Notes under the pieces: model-generated
Databases searched by the model: none
What the model saw: the letters and a program-made list of their open reading frames with translations, nothing else
What the model was told of the DNA's origin: nothing
In this document: positions 38,600-50,093 of the stretch, one piece after another
Layout of the letters: each line of letters opens with the position of its first letter
How positions within the stretch are numbered: position 1 is the first letter of the stretch
NCBI GenBank assembly: GCA_028023455.1
Contig: JAQFVV010000005.1
Span: 7,998,001-8,062,000, forward strand
Direction of reading: 5' to 3'
Length of the DNA stretch: 64,000 nt
Source: Epiperipatus broadwayi
Lineage: Eukaryota; Animalia; Onychophora
Translations under genes and position numbers: made by a program

Positions 38600-40400
38600 T
38601 GAGCAGTGTCTCTGAATTTCTTTTTTGTACCTCTTCTTCTCTATGAATATTTTTGTATTTTTCGTAATTGAACATATTCCCATTAATATACACATAGTTT
38701 GCTGTCTTAGATACATCTGATTTTAATCATTAGTTTGTGTTTTTTGAATCACTTTTCAATGGACCATTCATCTCACCAATGTATATCCTTCCACATTTAT
38801 AGGCATTTCATAGATGTACATTTGTTTTTAACAATTCACATTTAGATTTTGTAGAGTTATGAAATGTGATATAAGTTTGAAAAGCTGTTCTGTTGTTATA
38901 TTGATCGCATATTTTTGTTAGTTTGTCTGCTATTTATCGTATATATGGATATACTACAATACCAACAAATATTTTCTTTGACATTTTAATATGCTTCCTT
39001 TTTAAGGTTTTCTTAATGACATGTGGATAACCAATATTCATGAGAGTTTGTTAAATATGGATCTTTCCTTTTTGAAATAACTTGTTTTAAAACAAACTTC
39101 TTTTATTCTGTTCTGTGGTAATAAAATAATTTCACATTTTGGTTTTTTGGTGTAATTGGATATCCATTCTAATTTTTTTTCTGAGTGAGTAGATTTTCTG
39201 GTAACAATAGTTTTGATTTTGCCAAAATAGAATTTTGTTACAAGAACATACTAAGAATATCAATCATTATTATTGTTCTGATTCTACTGTGAATTTCATT
39301 TATGATATGCTGTAGATGTATGTCTAGAATATATAAAATTATGCTTCACCCTGTGGCCATATAACCCATGTATCATTAACATAGCATAAACAAATATTCA
39401 ATAGAAATGGAGTAGTATTTATAAAATCTGTTTTAAATTCTTGCATGTAAATGTTGCTAATCAGGGGTGACAGTGGTCAATCCCCAATCATCCCTTGATT
39501 TGGTTTCAAGAATTCCATGTTGTAGTGAAAGTAAATTATTATTTATCCATAATGTTAATAATTTCATTATATTTTCAATAGAAACAGTTGTTCTTGTTTA
39601 TATACTATTATCATTATTTAAACTTTCTTATAATAGACAAGGCGTTATCACATGTTACATTTGTGAATAAATATCGTACATCAAGCTTGCCTAATATGTC
39701 AATTATATCTTTTGTTCTTGATAATAAATATTTAAAAATTCTCACAATGAACTGTCTTTTTTTTTAAGTGTCATAGCATCAGCTGGGATGCGAACCCGCA
39801 ACCCAGGCATCTGCCTGCAAGTGCAAGGCAGTCGCGCTGACCTCTTGACCACCAATGCAAGACTATGAACTGTCTTATATATCAAAGGACTAAAAAATTC
39901 AGAATGATCCTTGAATTTATTTTTGAAAGGTGAATTTCTAGTGCTAACAATTAATTTTAAAGGAAATGGTCTTTAATTTTTTAGTGAATTATAAAGATGA
40001 AAAATTTTGTTGAAATATAATGTTAATTTACTTTTTTGAATCCAATGAAATATCTGTGGAGTATTCTGTATAATGTTTGTAACTTTTTTCTGTATTTGAT
40101 ATCAGATTTTTAGCCACTTTTTTATATTTGACTTTCTGTGAGGATTTTTTGTATTTTGTTATATAATGGGTTGCAATCACTGCAATTGTAGCATTGACAG
40201 CAGAGAGAATGATTATGGATTTACATAGTTTAAAAGATGTAATAGTTTTCCTTTCATCATAGAAAATATTTGATATCAGTTTTTATTGCTTATCAAGTAC
40301 TATTTTTATTCTTCAGCATAATTCTGCTGCTACTTCTAAAGGCAATTTTTGAGAGATTTTCTCAACAGCAGCTACTACCTCTAATAAAAAGATATTAGAT
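38600..40400 (-). mobile_element. Heavily decayed second PLE RT/endonuclease copy, related to the 29.5-32 kb element
   Basis: Nucleotide similarity to 29960-31600 (e.g. AATATTTTTGTATTTTT...AATTGAACATAT) and broken RT-like frames. Boundaries are approximate. Confidence 0.6.
39759..39864 (-). mobile_element. Short tRNA(Gly)-like SINE with poly(A) tail and 12-bp target-site duplication
   Basis: GCATTGGTGGTCAAGAGG...GGGTTCGCATCCCAGCTGATGC, then TATGACACTT and an A-run. TSD ATGAACTGTCTT at 39747-39758 and 39865-39876. Confidence 0.8.
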
Positions 40401-40619
40401 GATATGATGGTCATTTTATAACAAAACAAATTTTAGCATTTGTTATACTTTTAGAGCTGAGATTTTTAGCAGTTGAAGTTGATAGATTATTTTATGGAAT
40501 GTGATTTTGATAGGCCCATATAGTGTTACAAGTTTTTTCTTTTGATATTCTTTTATTGTTTCATGTAATTTGGAGTATTTTTTTAATACTTGAAAAATTT
40601 GTGAAGCATTCATCAATAA

Positions 40620-42260
40620 ATGCATTTTTAAAAACCATTCTACATAATTAATAGAATGTTAGGTTTGATCTTCAGAAAAGTCTTGAGCATTTACTTTTTC
40701 TTTTAATAGGACCTCACTTGCTCTTTGCATAAGTTTCTCAGCTCCCTGAGAATGAATAGAATATTTTAGTTGCAAACCCTCAAGAACAATCATTTCATAT
40801 TTACAAATGAAAGTTAATTAACTTTCTATACTGGTTGGTTTTAAATATAATTTTTAATAATGATTAAAGTTTGATATAATGTTAGAACCATGTTGAATGT
40901 ATAGTGTAAAGATTTACCATGGTGTCAATTTATTAATAATTTTATATTAAACTATTTTCATAATCTAATAATAAATACTGAATATTTTTAGAAAAATTCA
41001 AACTTTATTTAAACTTTTCAATTACATTCAACTATAATTACTATTCATAATGTTATAGTATATACTAATGTATAAAGTCACTAATTTAACATAATATTAC
41101 TACTAAAATGCCATTACAACCCTTTAGACAAATATAGATCTTGTGTCTAGTAAAAACCACTATTAGTGTAATTTTTTATTTTAAAATGCACATTAAATAT
41201 TATCAGTTTTAATTACCAATTTTTAGAAAACATTGTGCATAACTAAGAGGATATTAGGTTTCCTCTGAAAAGCCACAAGCATTTATTTTTTCTTTTAACA
41301 GGGTATCAATTGCTCTTTGTGTAAATTTCTCAGCTCCCTACAACTTTAAATTCATTTGAAATATTTCTAATTATAAGATCTAAATATTAACTCACTGTGA
41401 ATCAAAAATTTCATGAATGCTGATTTCTAAATGAGTTAGTGGACTTAATCAGTGAAGAATTTACTAGTTTCATGCTCTCAAATCAAAATTCTTTACATTT
41501 GCCTATGTAATTAGAAAGTAGGTTGAAGATAAGATGGCCGCTCTTATCTTTATAAAGTTATAATCTTGAGTTAAGATTTGTAGAGGTCCCTCTCATGGTA
41601 AAATTAAACACTCAAGGTGCATAGTATTATGGTTAAAGCCTTATATGTATTTAAAAAAAAAGTTAACTAACTTTCTATTCTGGTTGGTTTTAGATATAAT
41701 TTTTCATAATGTACTGTAGTTTGATGTAATTTTAAATCTATGATAAATATATAATGCTTGGATTAAGATTTGTGATGACAGTGCATTATCAGAGTGACTT
41801 CCGATTTAATAATTTTAATAATATTATATTAAACTATTTACATAATCTAATATTAAATATTGAATGTCTTTAGACAAATTTAAACTTTATTTAAACTTTT
41901 CAAATACATTCAACTGTAAGCATTAGTACTCAAAATGTTGTGGTATAAACTAACATATGATGTAACTAGTTTAACATAAAGTTATTACTAAAAGCCATTA
42001 TAACCTTTTAGACGAATATACTTTTTGTGACTAGCAAAAACCACTTTATAGAAAAAATTGAAACTGCACTTTTAAAAATGCTTATAGTGGACAATAAGAA
42101 AATTCCCCCAATTTTTTTACTAATGAATTTCCTTTTTGGTAACATTAATATGATTTTTGATGATTGTTTTAATCAAGTTTTTTGTGACTATTTGTCTACT
42201 TTTTAATTTTAAAATTCACATTAAATATTTATAGTTTTCATTGATCAAAGATTGTTTGGT
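40620..42260 (+). repeat. Degenerate tandem duplication (blocks 40620-40746 ~ 41185-41340 and 40810-41160 ~ 41660-42050)
   Basis: Shared strings such as TTGCTCTTTG...TTTCTCAGCTCCCT and AAACTTTATTTAAACTTTTCAA. Confidence 0.65.
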
Positions 42261-43346
42261 CTCTTAAAGAGTTTAGATAAAATATTCTTGAGGATATAAT
42301 TTATATTAAATGTCTAAAACACAATTTAGCAATATTGTATTTTTCCACCATAGAAATAATGTAAATTACCAATATAATTAATGAAATATAGACATTGTTA
42401 TATATATATTCCTAGTAAGTATTGTTTTTCCTCTTCAGCAATATTTTTGACTTTTTGATTTTGAAAATTGAATGCTAAAATTTTAAAATTCTTTATTTTT
42501 GCTTCCACTTTTGTATTATTTAGTAAATATTTATTTAATTGTCAAGATTCAGATGTTTTTATTTCATCAAGACTTCCTAATTTGTCAAAATTATTAATGT
42601 TACTTAAATAAATGCATTCAGTTACAGAAAAATATTATCTATCTTTTTAGAGCAATAATATATTTTTATGATTGCTTCACTCATTCTCATTAAACCTATC
42701 TAAAACATTGATTAGATTTTGAAGATTATCTTATATCATTTTTATATTAAGTTTATTTGTAAATGCAAATTTTTAGTTTTTCAGTTACAAATTTGATTCT
42801 TTGGTTTAAGTTATAAATAATTAATTTATTCTTTCCTACTATAACTTTTGAGAAAATGGTGGGTTAGAAAAAAATATTTTGGTTACTCATTTAAACATGT
42901 TGAAATAATTTAATGACTATAAGTAAAATATCTTTTCTTTGAATATTATATTGTTTAAACTTTTATATAATAAAATAATTTACAAAAGCACTTTTTTAAA
43001 AATTAATTTAATGTTTCAATATAAAGTTAGAATACAACTTTTGCAGAAAGTGTTACACTAGAATAATCACAAATAGAATTAACAAACATTGAGAGAATAG
43101 CTTTTGACAAGTTTTACAAATTTACATTTTGATTTTGAGCAATAATTTATTAACTTCTTATTTTCATCTTAATACATAAACATATATGCATATTTTAAAC
43201 ACTCACATGGCTTTAAAATACATTTTACACTAGGATTTAACATTTTTCATTGTTATCAAAGAAATTTTGGCAAAGATTCACAAGTTGAAGCTGTAAGAAA
43301 ATTATTGAACAGTTTTCTGATCATTTCTTTGTACCCCTAAGTTTTA

Positions 43347-46300
43347 TCATATCAATTTACACATTCTTTCAGTTTTTTCATCACTATATTTTAGACTGAT
43401 GTTATGGTTTTGACTATCTTCCTTATTTACTATTTTTGGTTGATCATAGAAAGACAATTTTTCAAAAAGAGGGCAAATGGATGTTTTCAATATTGGGTGA
43501 CTATAATGTAAAAAAAGTTCTACATTAGAACTATTTTTAAAATGGGCACGACAATGACGATAATCTAAATTTATTGAATCTATATTAAAATATTTTTCAA
43601 ATGCATTAACCCATATTAAACTTTCATCTAAATTCATTTTAGAAACATTTTGCAACAAATTGTGTGTTATCACAAAATAATGTTGTAACAGCCCATTGGC
43701 AAAAGAATCTTTTAACTTTTTGATGATGTATTTTTCATATCTATTCCCTATATATTGACAATCAAGTGGTGTTGTTTCAAAAATCCAAAAACAGCATGTT
43801 TTTACATAATATGACTGCACTTTTTTATTTTTATATTTGTATTTTGTATAATTATAAATTTGTCTCTGAGGGTAAGTCATGGCTCCATATAGTAATTGTT
43901 CAGCAACTGAAAAAGAAAGATAACCATTATAGGTATTATTAGATCGACAAGACTTGAGGACTACCTTGTATCCATTTGTCAGAATTTTTTGAACAGTTTC
44001 AGGTCTGGGCCAATATCTTTCTCTTAAAGCCCATTCTCTGGCCTCATCTGGCCAGCCATCAAAGCTTAAAGAAGGAACTATTTCAAGATTGTGAATCCAT
44101 GATTTCTCTTTATTAACAATATGATCTTTATAGGCCATTAATATATTTTTAAAATCTCTGCATAAGATAATATATTTATCTACTGCTGTGATATCATCAT
44201 TGATACAAGAGTCATAATGTGTATCATTCTTTCCAGAAATTTTAAAACATTTTACCTTCTGTGTATCTGTTTGGAAAGTGTCATCTTGGATGCTCCTATA
44301 TATTTTACAATTACAAACAATAGCTTCCAATTGTTTAATATTTACATTCATTTTACAGCTTAAAACATTACAAAAACGTTCTACATTATCATGGCAACTT
44401 TTTAACAGTGTAGCAAGATTTTTGTCCTTAAAAACTGTATTAAGTTGTGTCACCATTTCATATAATAGAACAAGTTTAACAATATTTTTATAACACCTTT
44501 CTGTGTCATCTCCATTATAAAAACAAGCTTTTGCTTTAAGCAAAATTTTCTTTATTCTCTTTACACTATATTTGAGATTCCGTGCTATATTCTTTACATT
44601 TTTTGACACTTTTTCATTATGATTACTAGTTTCACTTTTATTACCTGGTTTATCAAGATTAGTAGTTAACTGTAACTTTTTATTGTTACTGATATTGATT
44701 TTTCTTCTTTTTACAGTATGTTTATTATTACAAATAGATTTTTTATTTTTATGATCTGCATAGAATATAAATGCTATTAATTTCATAAAGTCATTTCTTG
44801 TTAAAAGGTTTATTAATGTCTGGAATTGATGTTTTTCATTTATTTGCTCACACAAAAATGAATTTTTATTTATATTATTTAATGTACTTTTAAATTCTTT
44901 GCTTATGAAATTTAATATTGGTTTAAAATTCAAAGCAGTGGAGTTACTCTCCAGATGTTCTGAGATTGTTTCTTCTTCTGCATTGTTTATACACATTTCC
45001 ATATAATTTGCTATAAAGCAATTCTGAAAGTAAAATTTATCATTTTGAAAATCGGTTAGAAATTTTAAATTATCAATGATTTTTGCAACTTCATTTTTAA
45101 AATTAATTATAACAGTAACATTATTATCTGTCAACTTTTTATTGCTAACACATTTTTGAATTTTTAGCATTTTATGAGTTGTAATCACAAATAAACTCAA
45201 AATTGGTTTATTATTGTTGGCAAGAATTTCTCCATCAAAAAATTTATTACTTAAAAAAGAAATATTTAAAATGCATATGTTTATTATATTAAACAAATTC
45301 TTATAAATTTCTTCTTCTTTACAATCCAGTTCTATTAAACTTAGTGTTTTAGTTTCTTGAATATTTTTTTCTTTATGCATTGTAGTTTCCTTATTTATAT
45401 TAATCTTAAATCCAATGGGAAATAAACCAAATATTATCTTATCCACTGATCTTGAAAGATTGACATTTATATTTATTTTTTGTTTTAAAAATATTTCTAT
45501 TTTTTTGCAAACAATATTTGTTATTTTTTCTGCATCATTTTTTATACATGTTATGATAATATTAATGTAATTACTAATATATTTTAAACACACTTTTGTT
45601 TTGCTAAAAATCATAAAATAATATTTATTCAACAGAGTTTGAATGCTTTTACAATTTTCTAAACAGTAATTATGTATTATATCTTTGATATATGATTTGA
45701 TGTCTTGTGGTAATGTAAGATGTTCGTCTTTTTGGTTTACATTTGTAGCATCTTGAAGCATAATTGCAACATAACATTGCTGGAAAATGTCTATTATTGT
45801 TTTAGTGATGGTATTAATAAATATTTTTTCAACATGAAATTTGATCTCATCACTATTGAATTTTGCATTCACATCTTTAATAAATAATTTAAGACTATCT
45901 TCAATATTATCATCATCATTTTCCTCTACATTCATCATTTCTTCATCATTTCCCATTCTTTTATTACTTTCTACAATTATTTTTTTTACAATCACTTTTA
46001 TACAGGTCATCATGATATCTTTTTTTTGTTTTTTAATATAACCCATAATAAGCTGTATAATTTCAGCAGAAAGTTGTTTTTGAATACTTTCTCTGTTTGT
46101 TTTCTCTTTATTTTTTTCATTCAGGTCTATTTTTTTTACATACATATCTAGAATTGAAATAGATGATTGCTGAACTTCTTTTTTTAATGAGTCAATCAGT
46201 TTTTGTTTATAAAGTTCATAAAATTTTATTTTATTTTTATCCCATACTGCTTGAATAATAACTTTTAAATCACAATTCTTATAATTTTGTATTTTATGAA

Positions 46301-47093
46301 GTATTTTATCAGCCATAATATCAAATACTAATTTAATGGATTTTATTACATCCTTTCTGCTAATGAACTTTAACATTATATTAAAAATAACTATGATTTC
46401 ATTTTTAAGTTTTTCTCTAATTTTCTCATCATATATAGTATTTAGTAAAAATTTCAATGATTTATTACACAATTCATAAAGATTGTCTTCAGCTGGATTA
46501 TTGTCACATTCTTCTAATTCATTAAAAAAAGTATCCATATCAGGTAAGGTTACAATATAATGTTCAGGCATTTCTGTAAACAATTGTTCCATTTCAACTT
46601 TACTATTAATGCTTTTCTCCAATCTCTGAAAAATATCAATCATATATTTTAAATAAGAACTATAAACATTATGAACAGAGTTATAGAATTGAATTGTATA
46701 ACAAACTTGGTTATCCATTTGTGCTTGAATGAGTAAATGAGGTGAGAAAGGGTCCAATTGTTTTCTAACTTCAGCAGTCAATACTTGACGAAGTTTTTCT
46801 AGATCTAATTCTGCCTCTTTTCCATCCTGACATCTTATAAAGCTACAATTTTTACTAAGAGCAGTCATTCTCCCTTTAATCTTGACATGAGCTGGACTGT
46901 CAGGATTACTTTGTAAAGAATCTATTTCAAAAAATGGTTTTATTTTATCATTAAGAGAATATAGTATATCTACATCAGACTTGTTTTTGCTAGTTAAAAA
47001 AGAGCCATCGGCACAACTGCCTTGGAGACAAAATCCTTTAGCATTCAGGCTTTCATGATCTACTTCACACGGATAAAATTGTATCTTTTCCAT
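43347..47093 (-). CDS. Mab-21/cGAS-like receptor (cGLR) nucleotidyltransferase with a very large internal insertion, 1248 aa, single coding exon
   Basis: N-terminal NTase motif LQGS(25-26)CADG...SD(40)VD(42)ILY and PAHVKI. C-terminal LE(1004)IVPSLSFDGWP...WP...GYKVVLK...LSFSVAEQLL...SYYVKTCCFWIFE...LLQHYFVITHNLL. The uninterrupted 3.7-kb ORF lies in AT-rich DNA, with an in-frame stop 6 nt upstream of an ACCATGG start. Confidence 0.88.
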   Translation of the reverse strand: MEKIQFYPCEVDHESLNAKGFCLQGSCADGSFLTSKNKSDVDILYSLNDKIKPFFEIDSLQSNPDSPAHVKIKGRMTALSKNCSFIRCQDGKEAELDLEKLRQVLTAEVRKQLDPFSPHLLIQAQMDNQVCYTIQFYNSVHNVYSSYLKYMIDIFQRLEKSINSKVEMEQLFTEMPEHYIVTLPDMDTFFNELEECDNNPAEDNLYELCNKSLKFLLNTIYDEKIREKLKNEIIVIFNIMLKFISRKDVIKSIKLVFDIMADKILHKIQNYKNCDLKVIIQAVWDKNKIKFYELYKQKLIDSLKKEVQQSSISILDMYVKKIDLNEKNKEKTNRESIQKQLSAEIIQLIMGYIKKQKKDIMMTCIKVIVKKIIVESNKRMGNDEEMMNVEENDDDNIEDSLKLFIKDVNAKFNSDEIKFHVEKIFINTITKTIIDIFQQCYVAIMLQDATNVNQKDEHLTLPQDIKSYIKDIIHNYCLENCKSIQTLLNKYYFMIFSKTKVCLKYISNYINIIITCIKNDAEKITNIVCKKIEIFLKQKININVNLSRSVDKIIFGLFPIGFKININKETTMHKEKNIQETKTLSLIELDCKEEEIYKNLFNIINICILNISFLSNKFFDGEILANNNKPILSLFVITTHKMLKIQKCVSNKKLTDNNVTVIINFKNEVAKIIDNLKFLTDFQNDKFYFQNCFIANYMEMCINNAEEETISEHLESNSTALNFKPILNFISKEFKSTLNNINKNSFLCEQINEKHQFQTLINLLTRNDFMKLIAFIFYADHKNKKSICNNKHTVKRRKINISNNKKLQLTTNLDKPGNKSETSNHNEKVSKNVKNIARNLKYSVKRIKKILLKAKACFYNGDDTERCYKNIVKLVLLYEMVTQLNTVFKDKNLATLLKSCHDNVERFCNVLSCKMNVNIKQLEAIVCNCKIYRSIQDDTFQTDTQKVKCFKISGKNDTHYDSCINDDITAVDKYIILCRDFKNILMAYKDHIVNKEKSWIHNLEIVPSLSFDGWPDEAREWALRERYWPRPETVQKILTNGYKVVLKSCRSNNTYNGYLSFSVAEQLLYGAMTYPQRQIYNYTKYKYKNKKVQSYYVKTCCFWIFETTPLDCQYIGNRYEKYIIKKLKDSFANGLLQHYFVITHNLLQNVSKMNLDESLIWVNAFEKYFNIDSINLDYRHCRAHFKNSSNVELFLHYSHPILKTSICPLFEKLSFYDQPKIVNKEDSQNHNISLKYSDEKTERMCKLI

Positions 47094-47272
47094 GGTTCAA
47101 AAATTCATTTTAATTAATTGCACATAAATTTTTCTAATCCAAATAGTAATCTTAAAAAAAAAAAAATATCGTTACACGTTTCAGTTTAGTTTTGCCAATT
47201 ATTAATTTAAGTTATATGATAAATTATTAATTTATTGCAAAAGTTTCTAAGTTTATGAATTAGATAAATAAC

Positions 47273-47370
47273 CACGTGATCTAATATCGATAAACAATTG
47301 CACTTACATTATTTTAAAGTTCACGTGATCTAATATCGATAAACAATTGCACTTACATTATTTTAAAGTT
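47273..47370 (+). repeat. Perfect 49-bp tandem duplication upstream of the cGLR ORF
   Basis: CACGTGATCTAATATCGATAAACAATTGCACTTACATTATTTTAAAGTT occurs twice. Confidence 0.95.
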
Positions 47371-47499
47371 TCATGTTTTAGTATTTCAAAATTATCTATG
47401 ATATACATTCAAGAGAGTTATGCAATTGTTTAAATTATTACCTTGAAATCTAATTTAAAAACGTATGATTTATGACGTTAATGTAAACGACAATTTTAA

Positions 47500-47515
47500 G
47501 AAACCGAAAGTGAAA
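47500..47515. promoter_or_regulatory. Candidate IRF-binding element/ISRE-like triple GAAA array
   Basis: GAAACCGAAAGTGAAA fits the IRF-E pattern GAAANNGAAA twice in tandem, ~410 bp upstream of the cGLR ATG. Confidence 0.4.
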
Positions 47516-50093
47516 AAAGTCCTCTAAAACTATATTTCTTATTTTTTATATCTGAAAGATGAAATACAGGTCAAATTCATTGGTTTGCTATATTTTTAGT
47601 CACAAAATATTTTATTCAATGTGCATTTGAAATTTTTAAAATGTTGATTCAAATATTTTTTTAATAGATGCATTTTTTACTTTAAAAAATAAGATTTGTT
47701 TCTCTTTATAGCATTAACTATAACTATTCAAAATTTATTAAGTTTACCATTTGGCATCATGAACCCTTTGATCCTTATTTTGAATATTATATAATATGCT
47801 AATATCCATGGATATTATTCTTACATATTCTATTTGAGCCAACAGCCAGTAAAAGTTTTAATAAACAGGAGTGATGAATTTGAAATACCGCTAGCAAAAA
47901 ACTATATTTTTAACGGCGTATAGAACGCAGAGGCGTATAAGACATATATCCTTTTTTATGCACATTTTGAAGGAAAAAAATAATTTTCTACATTTTTTCA
48001 TGAATGTCCGTAATGATTTACTATACTAATGTTATAGTTATTTATGTCAACAAAAAGTGTAACTAGGGATCACTATAATTAAGTACGTTTTAATCTTCAT
48101 CCTCAAACTGCAGAAATTCATCCCCAAAGCTAAATATTTTGAAGATTGCATCTTTTTTTACTGTATAGTATTTATTTTGTGGATAAACATATTTTAAAGA
48201 CTTTATATATATTTTAAACATTTAATTTTAAAGTATTTTTTTATATAATTATGAGAGTATTAAGTTATCTTGAATGTTTTGTTCTGATACTGATAAGATT
48301 ATGAGTACATGTTGTGTAGCTATATAGCGTAGATGAATACTTATATATATATATACACACACACTCATGTATTTATATATAAATTTTTTTTTTATTTGTG
48401 AAAGGACAAAATGCATGCATGCTTTTATAAATGTTTATTGACTTAATAAATTATATAAATGTGTATGAGTATTTGTTTCTCACATAAAACAATAAAGTAC
48501 TTATATATCTATTGAAGCAATCATTCTGTAGTCAGAGTGAGCTTCATGTTTTCTTCCTACAAACTAACCATCTACAAGGGTTCAAAACCAGCAATTATAT
48601 TTAATGTACTAACCTTGCCATTACCTACTACATGGAAACATATGTATATTTAAAATATGCTAAAATTTTACTCTATAATAAATATTTTATAATTTTGATA
48701 CTTTTGAATATCTTAAACTTGTGTGTGTGTGTTTTTTTTTTTAATTTAAAAGAGAATTTGTATAATCACATAAAGTTTGTCATTTGTAAAAATTTATTGC
48801 TTTTAATTTCGATTTTGTAAAAATTTAAAAGAAAGAAGATACAACCAAGATGGCAGGTTCAAATCAACCCATTGTGAAGTTTTCTTCACTAATTAAATAT
48901 TTTAAAAGCTTGATTTTCCTTAATCAAAAGATTGTCTTATTGTAGTTTTTACTTGAATAATTTAGAGACTTTAATTAAAGGTTTGCTAATGAAAGTGATT
49001 TGAACCTTATCTTCTTATATCTTACTTTTAATTAAATGGGACTGTAATTTGCTCAGGAATTTATTGTCTCATCTGCTTCTGGGCAAATGAGCCAAAGCAT
49101 TGCTGTAATAGTTTGGATGGTATAAATAGAATAGATTGGAGATAAGGTACAGCGTTATGGTCTTACAGTCATACAGTCTTACATTATTGGCTTTTACTCT
49201 AACTTTGCTTTTAGTTTTTAGAATGTCTTGAGTAGGTAGCCGTCTTTCCCTGGGCCTCTCGGAGCTGCCTCTGGTATGCTGCCATGAAACTCCTGCCATG
49301 GAAGAAGACTACCACTGATGAAAAAGCAGTAGTGACCGAGATTTCTGACTACCAAGCTGATCCTTGTAACTGAAGTTCAGAGAATGAACCATTTAACCAT
49401 TCACCCCAAAGTATGCCGAGGTAACAATCCAATAGCTATTTAAAGTTGTCTATGCTTGCCTATAAATATTAATTGTTTTCTTTTATAATCTCTACCTGTA
49501 AAAACTTTTCTATAATCCTATCAAATATATTGTAAGGATCGCCACAGGTCTCATCCTTATCCTTACAATAACATGCATTGAACACAGAACATAAACATAA
49601 AAAAATTAAATATTTATGAAGGTAATAAAGCATGTCTGTAGATATACACATGTATGTGTTAATTTATAAAGTAATACATCCATCGAACAGTTCAAGTTTA
49701 TTAGATATAAAGGTTTGAATAAAATTGTATTCGTATTTTACAAACTGAAAATTCTTGAAACAAAAATAATAATGGTAAAAGGAATTAATAAAAATTTGTT
49801 ACTAATTTTCATTTTATTAATATTCTAAAATAACCCTACCTGACTAAACGATGTTGTTTAAACAATTGAGAAGGTTTTATATATATAAAAAAAGCAATTA
49901 TAGAATCTAGTGTTGTGAAACGAAGGGGGAAAGAAAACCTGGTAGAATGTGTTTGACAACAACCATGACAACAACAACAATTTTTTTTTTGATGGCTGGA
50001 AAAATTAAAAACAAGTACAGAAAAAAATATAAGAAAGTTTTTTTCTTCTTTATTCTTTAACGATGACAGATCAAATAATTTGAAAATTATATA

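Noticed and set aside
38561-38602. Possible fifth hammerhead at the 3' end of the 38.6-40.4 kb PLE
   Set aside because: Both core boxes are mutated (ATGACAA, CAAC), so only the position and a stem are suggestive.
39776-39858. Functional tRNA gene
   Set aside because: The anticodon arm has an ~11-nt loop and the D/T arms are irregular. The poly(A), TSD and second copy indicate a SINE.
8473-47093. Functional link between the local dsRNA-forming repeats or ribozymes and the cGLR gene
   Set aside because: Proximity in a repeat-dense eukaryotic region does not imply a shared system, and nothing in the sequence couples them.
49069-49651. Possible small secreted protein (signal-peptide-like MLYYLHKYLIFLCLCSVFNACYC, donor at ~49496) and nearby short frames
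   Set aside because: No recognisable homology, and hydrophobic Cys/Phe/Leu-rich frames are common in AT-rich noncoding DNA. Transcript evidence would be needed.
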